From contig CAMYMG010000020.1 in NCBI GenBank assembly GCA_947259295.1, positions 5,193-69,192 of the forward strand: a stretch of DNA of 64,000 bases, read 5' to 3'. A program made the translations under genes and the position numbers. This document shows, piece after piece, positions 42,229 to 52,985 of this stretch. Every line of letters starts with the position of its first letter. Within the stretch, counting starts at the first letter, position 1. The notes under the pieces are model-generated. The model was given only the letters and a program-made list of their open reading frames with translations, did not search any database and was not told the DNA's origin. The stretch is from an uncultured Rhizobiaceae bacterium. Lineage in GTDB: Bacteria; Pseudomonadota; Alphaproteobacteria; Rhizobiales; Rhizobiaceae.

Positions 42229-42627
42229 TCACTGTAGGAATCCAAAGGCATACCCGAGCGGCAGCGCGGCAAGCACCGCTTCGAGGGCAAGCCAGGCCCA
42301 GTTGTAGAGCGTGTTGCCGCGGTCCGACATCATCGACACGATGCGGCCGAAAGCCGTGAAAAGCCAGGATGCGCCAAGCGCCAGATAGAGCAGCGGCTGC
42401 GCCAGCAGCAGGCAGCAGAGTCCGAGTCCGAGATAGAAGCCGGACATCGTCCCGCGTGCCTCGGCGACGGCCTCCGGATGGTCCGGGCTGGTCTGCAGTC
42501 GGAGCAGCTTGAACGACAGTCCCGGGGCAAACAGCAGCACCACGCCGAAAAGCACGGTGACGGCGCCGCTCGACCAGGCCAGCCACTCCCCCTGCGCCGT
42601 CGGCCAGGGAAATTCAAAGCCCATCAT
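42229..42627 (-). CDS. small integral membrane protein (4 TM), uncharacterised
   Basis: 132 aa with four hydrophobic helices and good GC3. No family confidently recognised. Confidence 0.6.
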   Translation of the reverse strand: MMGFEFPWPTAQGEWLAWSSGAVTVLFGVVLLFAPGLSFKLLRLQTSPDHPEAVAEARGTMSGFYLGLGLCCLLLAQPLLYLALGASWLFTAFGRIVSMMSDRGNTLYNWAWLALEAVLAALPLGYAFGFLQ

Positions 42628-42710
42628 CCGCCCCCTCTGGCTGTTGCCCCGAACCCTTCCTCATCCTAGCGCGACGCCTGCCAAACGCAAATCCGGGGGC
42701 GCGGCACGCG

Positions 42711-44894
42711 TCACAGAAAGCTCTGCGGATCGATGTCCACGGATACCCTGACCGAACCCCTCACCTTCGGACCTGCCGCGAGCATGGCGCGAACGAATTC
42801 CTGCATGTCCGACCGCCTCTCGCCCTGCACGAGCAGGCGGAAGCGATGCCGGCCGGCGAGCAGGGCCAGCGGCGCCTCCGCCGGTCCGAGCACCTGGATG
42901 TCCGCGGAACGCGGCGCCGAGCGACGCAGGCCTCTTGCGTGGCTTTCTGCCTCCGCGCGGGTCGCCGCGCTGACGATGATGCCGGCGAGCCTGCCGAACG
43001 GCGGCAGCCCGGCCTTTTCCCGCTCCGCGATCTCCCTTTCATAGAATGCCTCCGCGTCCCCCGAAACGATCGCCCGCATCACCGGGTGATCAGGCTGGAA
43101 GGTCTGCAGCAGGCCAAGGCTCTTGCGGCCCGTGCGCCCGGCCCGGCCCGTCACCTGCGACAGAAGCTGGAACGTCCGTTCGGCAGCGCGCGGGTCGCCA
43201 TTCGCCAGTCCGAGGTCGGCATCGACAATGCCAACCAGCGTCATGTTCGGGAAATTGTGTCCCTTGGCGACCAACTGAGTGCCGATGACGATGTCCGCCT
43301 CGCCCTTTGCGATCGCCTCAAGCTCCAGCCGCATCCGCCGCACGCCGCCCATGATGTCGGACGACAGCACGATGGTGCGGGCATCGGGGAACTCGGCCAC
43401 GACTTCCTCGGCGATTCGCTCGATGCCAGGTCCGCAGGCCACTAGATGGTCGAGCGTGCCGCATTCCGGGCAGGCATCGGGACGCTTTTCGTTGTGGCCG
43501 CAATGGTGGCAGATCAACTGGCCGCGGAAACGGTGCTCGACCAGCCAGCTCGAACAGTCGGGGCACTGGAAGCGGTGGCCGCAGACTCTGCAGAGCGTCA
43601 AAGGTGCATAGCCGCGACGGTTGAGGAAGAGCAGCGACTGCTCGCCGCGCGCCAATGTCTTGCCGATCTCCGAGACCAGCACCGGCGACAGGAACCTTCC
43701 CCGCGCCGGCGGATTGCGGCGCATGTCGATGGCCCTGAGGTCAGGCATCGCCGCATCGGCAAACCGGCCAGGCAGCTTGGCCAGCGCGTAGCGGCCCTGC
43801 ATGGCATTGACCCGGCTCTCGATCGACGGCGTCGCCGAGGCGAGCACCACGGGGAAGCCGCTGATATGGCCACGCACCACCGCCATGTCGCGGGCATTGT
43901 AGGAGACGCGATCCTCCTGCTTGTAGGCCGGGTCGTGCTCCTCGTCGACGACGATCAGTCCGAGCCTGTTGAACGGCAGGAAGAGCGCCGACCGCGCGCC
44001 CGCGACCACCCGGACGCTGCCTTCCGCGACCTGGCGCCAAACGCGCTCCCGCATGCGGGGCGCCAGGTCCGAGTGCCATTCGCCGGGCTTTGAGCCGAAG
44101 CGGTCCTGGAAGCGCTCCAGAAAGGCATGCGTCAGCGCAATTTCGGGCAGCAGGATGAGTACCTGGTGATCCTTTTCCAACGCCGCGGCCACCGCCTCGA
44201 AATAGACTTCCGTCTTGCCGGATCCGGTGACGCCATCGATCAGCGTGACGGATGATCCTCCCTTGAGCGCTGTCTCCCGCAGCATGTCGGCAACACCCTG
44301 CTGGTCCGACGAAAGGTCCGGGGAGCCGAAGCCCGCATCCGGAGCCGCAACCACGGGACGCGGCGGGATCATCACCGTCTCGAACACGCCCTGCGCGCGC
44401 AGTCCCTCGACGACGGTCGCCGACACGCCGGCGGCATGCGCAAGGCCGGACCGCGTCCAGGCGAAGCCATCCGAGGATGCCTCAAGCACCCGCGACCGCG
44501 CCGCCGTCATCCGGTCGGGCATGAGCTCCGTTCGCTTCAGCCCCTCGCTCCAGGGCTCCGGATCGAACGCCGCCGGTGCCCGCAGCAGCATGCGCGCGAC
44601 CATGCCGGGCGGCGACAGCGTGTAGGCCGACACCCAGTCGACGAAACGCCTCATGTCGCGATCGATGGGCGGGCAATCGAACACCTGCGAGATAGGCCGG
44701 AGCTTCTTGGCATCGACCGGATCGGCGGCGCTGTCCCAGACGATTCCGGCCACTTCACGTGGTCCGAGCGGCACCCGAACTATCGAACCCGGCACCACTG
44801 TCATCCCGTCGGGGACGGCATATGTATAAGGTCGCGGTGCCGGCATCGGCACCAGAACCGGCGCGGCTTTTGCGTAGGGCGAATCGTCTCTCAT
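42711..44894 (-). CDS. priA: primosomal replication-restart helicase PriA
   Basis: 727 aa with Walker A GVTGSGKTEVY, DEEH box, and a Cys-rich zinc region (CRVCGHRFQCPDCSSWL...CHHCGH...CPECG). Confidence 0.93.
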   Translation of the reverse strand: MRDDSPYAKAAPVLVPMPAPRPYTYAVPDGMTVVPGSIVRVPLGPREVAGIVWDSAADPVDAKKLRPISQVFDCPPIDRDMRRFVDWVSAYTLSPPGMVARMLLRAPAAFDPEPWSEGLKRTELMPDRMTAARSRVLEASSDGFAWTRSGLAHAAGVSATVVEGLRAQGVFETVMIPPRPVVAAPDAGFGSPDLSSDQQGVADMLRETALKGGSSVTLIDGVTGSGKTEVYFEAVAAALEKDHQVLILLPEIALTHAFLERFQDRFGSKPGEWHSDLAPRMRERVWRQVAEGSVRVVAGARSALFLPFNRLGLIVVDEEHDPAYKQEDRVSYNARDMAVVRGHISGFPVVLASATPSIESRVNAMQGRYALAKLPGRFADAAMPDLRAIDMRRNPPARGRFLSPVLVSEIGKTLARGEQSLLFLNRRGYAPLTLCRVCGHRFQCPDCSSWLVEHRFRGQLICHHCGHNEKRPDACPECGTLDHLVACGPGIERIAEEVVAEFPDARTIVLSSDIMGGVRRMRLELEAIAKGEADIVIGTQLVAKGHNFPNMTLVGIVDADLGLANGDPRAAERTFQLLSQVTGRAGRTGRKSLGLLQTFQPDHPVMRAIVSGDAEAFYEREIAEREKAGLPPFGRLAGIIVSAATRAEAESHARGLRRSAPRSADIQVLGPAEAPLALLAGRHRFRLLVQGERRSDMQEFVRAMLAAGPKVRGSVRVSVDIDPQSFL

Positions 44895-44981
44895 TGGACG
44901 TGACCTTGCGCGTAGTTTCGGCTAGAGCAAGTGCCAACGCGAAGCATCCTCGCCGGGCGAGTCAATGATAAGGAGACGGTC

Positions 44982-45638
44982 ATGAAGTTTTTCGTCGACA
45001 CTGCGGACGTCAAGGAAATACGGGAGCTCAATGATCTTGGCCTCCTCGACGGTGTCACCACCAATCCGTCCTTGATCCTCAAGTCCGGTCGCAAGATCGC
45101 CGAGGTTACCAAGGAAATTTGCGACATCGTCGACGGCCCCGTCTCCGCCGAAGTCACTGCCACCGAATATTCCGAGATGATGAAGGAGGCCAAGGTCCTC
45201 GCCAAGATCGCCGACAATGTCTGCATCAAGGTGCCGCTCACGCTTGACGGCCTGAAGGCGTGCAAGGACATCCGTTCCGACGGTCGCATGGTCAATGTCA
45301 CGCTCTGCTTTTCTGCAAATCAGGCGCTGCTCGCCGCCAAGGCCGGCGCCAGCTTCATCTCGCCCTTCATCGGCCGCATCGACGATATGGGCACCGACGG
45401 CATGGAGCTGATCGAGGAGATCAAGACGATCTACGACAACTACGGCTTCCAGACCGAGATACTCGCCGCCTCGATTCGCACCGTCAATCACGTCAAGATG
45501 GCGGCGCTGATTGGCGCGCATGTCGCCACCGTGCCGCCCGCGACGTTGAAGGCGCTGGTCAAGCATCCGCTGACCGACAAGGGACTGGAGCAGTTCCTGG
45601 CCGACTGGGCCAAGACCGGTCAATCCATCGGGAGCTGA
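44982..45638 (+). CDS. tal: transaldolase, fructose-6-phosphate-aldolase-type (short form)
   Basis: 218 aa from the ATG at 44982 (AAGGAG upstream). [31 protein letters not shown] with Schiff-base Lys context IKVP. Confidence 0.92.
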   Translation: MKFFVDTADVKEIRELNDLGLLDGVTTNPSLILKSGRKIAEVTKEICDIVDGPVSAEVTATEYSEMMKEAKVLAKIADNVCIKVPLTLDGLKACKDIRSDGRMVNVTLCFSANQALLAAKAGASFISPFIGRIDDMGTDGMELIEEIKTIYDNYGFQTEILAASIRTVNHVKMAALIGAHVATVPPATLKALVKHPLTDKGLEQFLADWAKTGQSIGS

Positions 45639-45642
45639 GGTA

Positions 45643-46200
45643 TCAGGTCGGACTGATGAGCTGTTGCGCAAGCGTCAGCTTCAGCAGTTCGGCCAATTCC
45701 CGGGCGGCGCGGTTCTGGGCGTCGAGCTCCGCCCTGTAGGCCGCGAACTCCTGCCGCGGCAGGTCATAGGACGAGGCGATCTGGCGACGTCCGTCCGCGA
45801 CGACCTTGCCGGTCGCCGTCTCCGTGAGAACGTAGTTTGCAGTCAGCGTGACCGTGCCGGCCGTCGGCTCGTTTTCCTCGGCGCGCTGGACAACGGCGGC
45901 TGATTGCCTGAGGGCCGTCACGTTGAGCGCCAGCGTGTAGCGCGCGGCAGCAGGCTGCCCGCTCCCCCCATTCAAGAGGAAGATCAGGTGATTGCGCACT
46001 TCCTGCGCATAGCGTGTTTCCACCGGCTTGATGGCGATCGACGACAGTTCGGCGGTAACGCCGGTCGGAACGCCGTCGGACGACGGATTGTAGTACAGCG
46101 GCTGGACCGTGCAGGCAGACAGCACAGGCAAGGCGACGATGGCCCCAACCAGGGCCGTGCTGCGCAGATTTTTCAGGAGCGGGAGTTCAGACCACGACAT
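45643..46200 (-). CDS. lptE: LPS-assembly lipoprotein LptE
   Basis: 185 aa with lipobox VLSAC. Conserved position immediately after leuS, overlapping its 3' end by 14 nt. Confidence 0.75.
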   Translation of the reverse strand: MSWSELPLLKNLRSTALVGAIVALPVLSACTVQPLYYNPSSDGVPTGVTAELSSIAIKPVETRYAQEVRNHLIFLLNGGSGQPAAARYTLALNVTALRQSAAVVQRAEENEPTAGTVTLTANYVLTETATGKVVADGRRQIASSYDLPRQEFAAYRAELDAQNRAARELAELLKLTLAQQLISPT

Positions 46201-48814
46201 TGACGATCCTCTGCGGCACGACGATCACCTTGCGCGGCGTCTTTTCCTCGAGCGCTTTCAGCACGAAATCGAGCTCGAGCGCGGCTCTCTCTACTGTACC
46301 TTGATCCGCGTCGCGGGCGATTGTCAATTCACCACGCTTCTTCCCATTGATCTGCACCGGGTAGACGACGTCGTTATCCACCGTCAGGGCCGGGTCGAAC
46401 ACCGGCCAGGGCTGGTCGGCGATCAGTCCCTTGCCGCCAAGCGCTGCGTAGGACTCTTCCGCCAGATGCGGCATCATCGGTGCGATCAGGCCAATCAGCA
46501 TGTCGAGCGCCTGGCGCGCCGCTCCCATCATCTGTGGCGACGCCCGGCCGTCTATGACCTCGGCCAGCGGTGCCTGCAGCGTGTTGGACAGCTCATAGAT
46601 CCGCGCCACAGCCCGGTTGAAGGCCAGCCTCGATATATCCTCGCCAACCGCCTTTACCGTCCGATGCGCAGCCTTCGAGACCGCGCCGGCATCGCCGTCG
46701 TTCGACGCCTTGGGCTCCACGCCCTGAAGCGCCGGTGCCGCTTCCGAAATCAGCCGCCAGATACGCTGCACCAGGCGATGCGCGCCTTCGACGCCTGCCT
46801 CGGTCCAGATCACGTCGCGTTCGGGCGGTGAATCCGACAGCATGAACCAGCGTGCCGTGTCGGCGCCGTAGCTCGCGATGATGTCATCGGGGTCGACGAC
46901 GTTCTTCTTCGACTTCGACATCTTCTCAATCGAGCCGATCTCGATCGGCGCGCCGCTGGAAAGCAATGTGGCGCTGCGCTTGCCATCCACTTCCTCGATC
47001 TTCACGTCGACCGGCGTCACCCAACCGTCCGGGCCCTTGTAGGTCTCGTGCACGACCATGCCCTGGGTGAACATGCCCTCGAAGGGTTCCTTCAGACTGT
47101 TCAAATGGCCGGTCGCCTGCATCGCCCGCGTGAAGAAGCGCGAATAGAGCAGGTGCAGGATCGCGTGCTCGATGCCGCCGATATACTGGTTGACCGGCAG
47201 CCAGCCGTTCTTGCCGTCGACGCAGGACAGCGTGGTCGGCTGCTTCTCGTTCCACGGATCGGCAAAGCGGGCGAAGTACCACGACGAATCGACGAACGTA
47301 TCCATCGTGTCGGTGTCGCGCCGGGCCGCCTTGCCGCAGCTCGGGCAGTCGACATGCTTCCACGTCGGGTGATGGTCGAGCGGATTGCCCGGCTTGTCGA
47401 AGGTCACGTCGTTTGGCAGCACCACCGGCAGCTGGTCGTCCCGAACCGGTACCGCGCCGCAATCGTCGCAGTGGATGACAGGTATCGGGCAGCCCCAGTA
47501 GCGCTGGCGCGAGATCAGCCAGTCGCGCAGGCGGAACTGCACCTTGCGCTCGCCCTGCGGCCGGTTGCCGATAGTCACGCCCGACAGCCGCGTTGCGACT
47601 TCGTCGAAAGCCGCTTCGGGCGTCATGCCGTTCAGGAACTGCGAGTTGATCATCTTGCCGTCGTCGACGAAGGCTTCCTCGGTGATCTGGTACGTCGCCG
47701 CGTCGCCGCCTTCCGGCATCACCACCGGTACAACCGGCAGGCCGTATTTGTTGGCGAAGTCGAGATCGCGCTGGTCGTGTGCCGGGCAGCCGAAAATTGC
47801 GCCCGTGCCGTATTCCATCAGCACGAAGTTCGCGACATAGACCGGCAGCGTCCAGCTGGAATCGAACGGATGCACCACGCGCAGTCCGGTGTCGAAGCCG
47901 CGCTTCTCGGCGGTCTCGATTTCGGCGGCCGACGTGCCGCTGTGCCTTATGTCGTCGATGAACGCCTGCAGTTCCGCATTGCCGGCCGCAGCCTTCCGGG
48001 CCAGCGGATGGTCCGCCCCGATCGCCATGAACGAGGCGCCGAAGATCGTGTCGGGCCGGGTCGTGTAGACCTCCAGCTCCGAAGCGCCCTCGACCGCCTC
48101 GACCAGTGGCCAGCGGATCAGCATGCCTTCCGACCTTCCGATCCAGTTCTGCTGCATGACGCGGACCTTCTCGGGCCACTTGTCGAGTGTCTCGAGGCTG
48201 TCCAGCAGGTCCTGCGACATCGACGTGATCTTGAAGAACCACTGCGTCAGGTCGCGCTGCTCGACCAGCGCGCCGGAGCGCCAGCCGCGTCCGTCGATCA
48301 CCTGCTCGTTGGCGAGCACGGTCATGTCCTCGGGATCCCAGTTGACCTTGGCCGACTTGCGTTCGGCCAGCCCCGCCTTCCAGAAGTCGAGGAACATCTT
48401 CTGCTGGTGCTTGTAGTAGGTCGGGTCGCAGGTCGCGAATTCGCGCGCCCAGTCGAGCGACAAGCCCATCGTCTTCAGCTGGCGCTTCATCGTGGCGATG
48501 TTGGCGTAGGTCCACTCGCGCGGGTTGACCTTGTTGTCGCGCGCGGCGTTCTCCGCCGGCAGGCCGAAGGCGTCCCAGCCCATCGGGTGCAGAACGTTGT
48601 AGCCGAGCGCCCGGCGATGGCGCGCAACGACGTCGCCCATCGTGTAGTTGCGCACATGCCCCATGTGGATGCGCCCCGAAGGATAAGGGAACATCTCCAG
48701 CACGTAATATTTCTCGCGCGGATCGTCGTTCCTCGTTTCGAAGAGCTTGGCGTCGTCCCAGGCCTTCTGCCATTTGGGTTCGGCCGCACGCGGATTGTAT
48801 CGTTCGGTTGCCAT
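46187..48814 (-). CDS. leuS: leucine--tRNA ligase
   Basis: 875 aa with HIGH motif ([15 protein letters not shown]) and KMSKS (EKMSKSKKN). Confidence 0.97.
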   Translation of the reverse strand: MATERYNPRAAEPKWQKAWDDAKLFETRNDDPREKYYVLEMFPYPSGRIHMGHVRNYTMGDVVARHRRALGYNVLHPMGWDAFGLPAENAARDNKVNPREWTYANIATMKRQLKTMGLSLDWAREFATCDPTYYKHQQKMFLDFWKAGLAERKSAKVNWDPEDMTVLANEQVIDGRGWRSGALVEQRDLTQWFFKITSMSQDLLDSLETLDKWPEKVRVMQQNWIGRSEGMLIRWPLVEAVEGASELEVYTTRPDTIFGASFMAIGADHPLARKAAAGNAELQAFIDDIRHSGTSAAEIETAEKRGFDTGLRVVHPFDSSWTLPVYVANFVLMEYGTGAIFGCPAHDQRDLDFANKYGLPVVPVVMPEGGDAATYQITEEAFVDDGKMINSQFLNGMTPEAAFDEVATRLSGVTIGNRPQGERKVQFRLRDWLISRQRYWGCPIPVIHCDDCGAVPVRDDQLPVVLPNDVTFDKPGNPLDHHPTWKHVDCPSCGKAARRDTDTMDTFVDSSWYFARFADPWNEKQPTTLSCVDGKNGWLPVNQYIGGIEHAILHLLYSRFFTRAMQATGHLNSLKEPFEGMFTQGMVVHETYKGPDGWVTPVDVKIEEVDGKRSATLLSSGAPIEIGSIEKMSKSKKNVVDPDDIIASYGADTARWFMLSDSPPERDVIWTEAGVEGAHRLVQRIWRLISEAAPALQGVEPKASNDGDAGAVSKAAHRTVKAVGEDISRLAFNRAVARIYELSNTLQAPLAEVIDGRASPQMMGAARQALDMLIGLIAPMMPHLAEESYAALGGKGLIADQPWPVFDPALTVDNDVVYPVQINGKKRGELTIARDADQGTVERAALELDFVLKALEEKTPRKVIVVPQRIVNVVV

Positions 48815-48961
48815 GACCGGTTTTTCACTTAAAAGACTGGGCGACGACCGACGGCGGTTGATCCGGCGATCCAGAAATGTCGGGGCGGACCTTCACCATG
48901 GATTGCGGGAAGCGTCAACTCTGCGGTTGCCGACAGGCATTATATCGGGTTCGGGATAGAT

Positions 48962-49624
48962 ATGAACAAGGCCGTCGAACAGCTCCAGACCGTCCGTGAG
49001 GCGATAGTCGCGGCGACCGCCGATGCGAAGCGCGCACCAGGTGCGGTGACGCTGGTCGCTGTCACGAAAACCTTCGAGCCTGCCGACATTATTCCTATCA
49101 TCGAGGCCGGCCAGCGGGTCTTCGGCGAGAACCGTGTACAGGAAGCGCAGGGCAAGTGGCCGGGGCTGAAGCAGCAGTTCCCCGACATCGAACTGCACCT
49201 GATTGGGCCTCTGCAATCGAACAAGGCCAAGGAGGCGGTGGCGCTGTTTGATTGCATCGAAACCATCGACCGGGAAAAGATCGCGGCCGAGCTGGCGAAA
49301 GAGGTGGCGAAACAGGGCAAGGCGCCGAGATTCTACGTCCAGGTCAACATCGGGTCGGAACCCCAGAAGGCGGGGATCGGCCCGCGTGAGGCGGTCGCCT
49401 TTGTCGAGCGTTGCCGCTCGGTGCACGGTCTCGCCATCGAAGGGCTCATGTGCATCCCGCCTGTCGACGAGAACCCCGGTCCGCATTTCGCGCTTCTTGA
49501 CAAGCTGGCCGGGGAGGCGGGGGTTGAAAGACTGTCGATGGGCATGTCTGGTGACTATGAACTCGCCATCGCCTTCGGCGCCACCAGTGTTCGCGTCGGC
49601 TCGGCCATCTTCGGCAGCCGCTGA
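48962..49624 (+). CDS. yggS: YggS-family pyridoxal-phosphate homeostasis protein
   Basis: 220 aa (LVAVTKT, FGENRVQE, LHLIGPLQSNK, LSMGMSGD). Confidence 0.9.
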   Translation: MNKAVEQLQTVREAIVAATADAKRAPGAVTLVAVTKTFEPADIIPIIEAGQRVFGENRVQEAQGKWPGLKQQFPDIELHLIGPLQSNKAKEAVALFDCIETIDREKIAAELAKEVAKQGKAPRFYVQVNIGSEPQKAGIGPREAVAFVERCRSVHGLAIEGLMCIPPVDENPGPHFALLDKLAGEAGVERLSMGMSGDYELAIAFGATSVRVGSAIFGSR

Positions 49625-49650
49625 AAGCCGCCCCTTGCTGCGGCGGCTTT
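49624..49650. terminator. hairpin between convergent yggS and the LysR-family gene
   Basis: AAAGCCGCC / GGCGGCTTT forms a 9-bp stem with A/T flanks contained in the stem ends. Confidence 0.5.
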
Positions 49651-49689
49651 CGCAGGCCTGACCGGCGGCTGCCTGCCTATACCGCCTTG

Positions 49690-50601
49690 TCACTCATGCG
49701 GCCGGACATTCGCCGCGAGAAAGTCGAGGAAGGCGCGCACCCTTGCCGGCAGATGCTTGCTCGGCCCCACATAGATCGCCTGCACCGGCTCCTCGTCGCC
49801 CGGATTGAAAGCCTCCAGCACCGGCACAAGGGCGCCGGAATTGATGTCCGGCTGGATGTGGTTGCGCGACAGCCGGCCGAGCCCAACCCCTGCCAGCGTC
49901 ATCAGCCGTAACGACTCGCCATCGCCCACAAGGGCGTTTCCGCGCGGCTTAACCATTGCCGGGTTCCCGTCTTCCCCGACCAACGCCCAGCCGTCGACCA
50001 GCCGTGAAAACCCGAAGTCGAGGCAGTTGTGGCTCGCAAGATCGGCCGGCGTGCCAGGCACCCCGTATCGCGCGAGATAGTCCGGCGCGCCGACGATCAC
50101 CATCCGGCTCTGCCACAGCTTGCGCGCCACCAGCCGCGACTCCCGCAACGGACCTGCTCGAATGGCCACGTCGGCGCGTTCTTCCAGCAGGTCAACGACG
50201 CGGTCGGTCAGCGAGACGTCGACGACGATTTCGGGATAGCGCTCGAGGAATTCCGCCAGCAGCGGCAGCAGGTAATGCTGGCCGAAGGGCACGTTGCAGT
50301 TCACCCGCAGCCGGCCGCGTGGCGTGGCACCGGCGGCGGCTTCCTGTTCGGCGGCGTCGATCTCGCCGAGAATGCGCAACCCGTTCTCGTAAAAGGCGGC
50401 GCCCTCCGGCGTCAGCTGGAGCCTGCGCGTCGTGCGATTGATGAGCCTTGTACCCAGCCGGTCTTCAAGCCGGCGCAGCAGCTTGCTGACGGCCGATGGC
50501 GTCATGCCGAGCACGCGCGACGCCTCGGTCAGTGTGCCGCGTTCCACCACGCGCACGAATACCTCGATATCGCCGGAACGGTTGATGTCGATGCGCGCCA
50601 T
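49690..50601 (-). CDS. LysR-family transcriptional regulator
   Basis: 303 aa from the ATG at 50599-50601 (MARIDINRSGDIEVFVRVVERGTLTEASRVLGMTPSAVSKLLRRLE). Divergent from the MFS gene. Confidence 0.9.
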   Translation of the reverse strand: MARIDINRSGDIEVFVRVVERGTLTEASRVLGMTPSAVSKLLRRLEDRLGTRLINRTTRRLQLTPEGAAFYENGLRILGEIDAAEQEAAAGATPRGRLRVNCNVPFGQHYLLPLLAEFLERYPEIVVDVSLTDRVVDLLEERADVAIRAGPLRESRLVARKLWQSRMVIVGAPDYLARYGVPGTPADLASHNCLDFGFSRLVDGWALVGEDGNPAMVKPRGNALVGDGESLRLMTLAGVGLGRLSRNHIQPDINSGALVPVLEAFNPGDEEPVQAIYVGPSKHLPARVRAFLDFLAANVRPHE

Positions 50602-50705
50602 TGATGAATTGATCTCACAAATCATGTGCCGGCCGCAAGGGTGTTCTGTGCGCGTCAACGACCCGATCTTGGGAACGCGACAACACGAACCGCCAGGGAC
50701 GAACG

Positions 50706-51902
50706 ATGCCTATTGCCCTCTACGCCCTCACTGCCGGTGCCTTCGGCATCGGCGTCACCGAATTCGTCATCATGGGCCTGCTGCTCGACGTCAGCGCCGA
50801 CCTCGGCGTGTCGCTTTCGGCCGCCGGCCTGCTGATCTCCGGCTACGCCCTTGGCGTCGTCGCAGGCGCACCGCTGCTTGGCGCCATCGCCGGCCGCCTG
50901 TCGAAGAAGACGCTGCTGATGGTCCTCATGCTCGTCTTCACCATCGGCAATCTCGCTTGTGCCCTGGCGCCCGATTACTGGACGCTGATGGCGGCGCGCG
51001 TGCTCACCGCCTTCGCCCACGCCTCCTTCTTCGGCGTCGGCTCGGTGGTGGCGACGGGGCTGGTGCCGGCCAACCGCAAGGCTTCGGCCATCGCCATCAT
51101 GTTCACCGGCCTCACCGTTGCCAATATCCTCGGCGTCCCGTTCGGCACCTGGCTCGGCCAGGCCTATGGCTGGCGCTCGACATTCTGGGCAGTCACCGGC
51201 GTTGGCATCATCGCTTTCGCGGTCATTGCCCTGTTCGTACCAGCCGACAAGGCGACGGACAGCGACGAGACTGGCTCCGAGGGCGTCCTTGCCGTGCTTG
51301 GCCGGCCGGCCGTGCTGCTCGGCCTCTTGACGGCCGTGCTGTCGTGGATCGGCGTCTTTGCGGCCTTCACCTACATCGCCCCCATCCTGACCCGGATCGG
51401 CGGCTTCTCCGAGGCGGCGGTCTCGCCGATCCTGCTGGTGTTCGGCGGCGGGCTGCTGGTCGGCAACCTGCTCGGCGGCCGTCTCGCCGACCGGCGGCTC
51501 GTCCCCACCGTCCTCGGCACCCTTGCCGCGTTGTCGGTCGCCCTCCTGGTCATGGCCTTCGCCATCCACAGCCAGGTTGCGGCGGTGATCTCCGTCGGCC
51601 TCTTCGGCGCGGCCGCCTTCGCCACCGTGGCACCGCTGCAGATGTGGGTGCTCGACAAGGCGCAGGGCGCCGGCCAGGGCCTCGCCTCCTCCTTCAACAT
51701 CGCCGCCTTCAACTTGGGCAATGCCACCGGTGCCTGGCTCGGCGGCTTCGTCATCGACCATGCCGGCGGGCTTGGGGCGGTGATCCCGGTCGCCGCGCTG
51801 ATACCGCTTGCCGCCCTCGCCATGGTGATTGTCGCCCAGCGCGTCGAGCGCAACGGCACGAGCCGCGCGGCGGCAGCCGCCTGTATCGAAGCGGCCGAAT
51901 AG
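50706..51902 (+). CDS. MFS transporter (DHA1-type efflux permease)
   Basis: 398 aa with about 12 TM helices and N-terminal FGIGVTEFVIMGLL typical of sugar/purine efflux MFS. Confidence 0.88.
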   Translation: MPIALYALTAGAFGIGVTEFVIMGLLLDVSADLGVSLSAAGLLISGYALGVVAGAPLLGAIAGRLSKKTLLMVLMLVFTIGNLACALAPDYWTLMAARVLTAFAHASFFGVGSVVATGLVPANRKASAIAIMFTGLTVANILGVPFGTWLGQAYGWRSTFWAVTGVGIIAFAVIALFVPADKATDSDETGSEGVLAVLGRPAVLLGLLTAVLSWIGVFAAFTYIAPILTRIGGFSEAAVSPILLVFGGGLLVGNLLGGRLADRRLVPTVLGTLAALSVALLVMAFAIHSQVAAVISVGLFGAAAFATVAPLQMWVLDKAQGAGQGLASSFNIAAFNLGNATGAWLGGFVIDHAGGLGAVIPVAALIPLAALAMVIVAQRVERNGTSRAAAAACIEAAE

Positions 51903-51937
51903 CCCCCACCCCCCTCCAACCCATCAGGAGTTCACTC

Positions 51938-52972
51938 ATGGAATATAGACGCCTCGGAGCATCCGGCCTCAAAGTGCCAGCCTTGTCCTTCGGTGCCGGC
52001 ACCTTCGGCGGCTCCGGCCCGCTGTTCAGTCACTGGGGCACCAGCGACGCCACGGAAGCGCGGCGGCTGGTCGACATATGCCTGGAGGCGGGCGTCAATC
52101 TGTTCGACACCGCCGACGTCTATTCCAACGGCGCGTCCGAGGAAGTCCTCGGCTCGGCGATAAAGGGACGGCGCGGCGACGTGCTCATTTCGACCAAGAT
52201 GTCGCTGCCGATGGGCGATGGCCCCAACGATGCAGGTTCGTCACGCTCACGCCTGATCAAGGCTGTCGAGGATGCGCTGCGGCGGCTCGGCACCGACTAC
52301 ATCGACCTTCTGCAGTTGCATGCCTTCGATGCCGGCACGCCGATCGAAGAGGTGCTGTCGACGCTGGACGGGCTTGTCCGCGCGGGAAAACTCCGCCAGG
52401 TCGGGGTCTCGAACTTCTCCGGCTGGCAGCTCATGAAGTCTCTTGGCGTCGCGGACCGGCACGGCTGGCCGCGCTATGTCGCGCATCAGGTCTATTATTC
52501 GCTGCTCGGCCGCGACTATGAATGGGAGCTGATGCCGCTCGGCCTCGACCAGGGCGTCGGCGCGCTGGTGTGGAGCCCGCTCGGCTGGGGCCGCCTGACC
52601 GGAAAGATCCGCCGCGGCCAGCCGCTGCCGCAGGGAAGTCGGCTGCACGAAACCGCAAGCTTCGGGCCACCGGTCGAGGACGAACATCTCTACCGGATCG
52701 TCGATGCGCTGGACTCGGTGGCCGCCGAAACCGGAAAGACCGTGCCGCAGATCGCCATCAACTGGCTGCTCCGCCGCCCGACCGTGTCGTCGGTCATCAT
52801 CGGCGCCCGCAACGAGGAACAGCTGCGCCAGAATTTGGGCGCCGTCGGCTGGTCGCTCACGCCCGAGCAGGTCGCCGCGCTCGACAAGGCGAGCGAGGTG
52901 ACGGCGCCCTACCCCTATTTCCCCTATCGCCGGCAGGAGGGTTTTGCCCGGCTGAGCCCGCCCGCGGTCTGA
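51938..52972 (+). CDS. aldo/keto reductase
   Basis: 344 aa from the ATG at 51938 (AGGAG upstream). MEYRRLGASGLKVPALSFG...FDTADVYSNG...STK...IDLLQLH. Confidence 0.9.
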   Translation: MEYRRLGASGLKVPALSFGAGTFGGSGPLFSHWGTSDATEARRLVDICLEAGVNLFDTADVYSNGASEEVLGSAIKGRRGDVLISTKMSLPMGDGPNDAGSSRSRLIKAVEDALRRLGTDYIDLLQLHAFDAGTPIEEVLSTLDGLVRAGKLRQVGVSNFSGWQLMKSLGVADRHGWPRYVAHQVYYSLLGRDYEWELMPLGLDQGVGALVWSPLGWGRLTGKIRRGQPLPQGSRLHETASFGPPVEDEHLYRIVDALDSVAAETGKTVPQIAINWLLRRPTVSSVIIGARNEEQLRQNLGAVGWSLTPEQVAALDKASEVTAPYPYFPYRRQEGFARLSPPAV

Positions 52973-52985
52973 GCGCGCCAGAAGC

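Noticed and set aside
46926-48832. 615-aa (-) and 594-aa (+) ORFs inside leuS
   Set aside because: These are alternative-frame and antisense shadows of leuS, which has clear HIGH/KMSKS motifs.
50432-52972. 846-aa ORF on the plus strand
   Set aside because: Only the last 344 codons (from the ATG at 51938 with AGGAG) form the aldo/keto reductase. The upstream part is antisense to the LysR gene and out of frame across the MFS gene.
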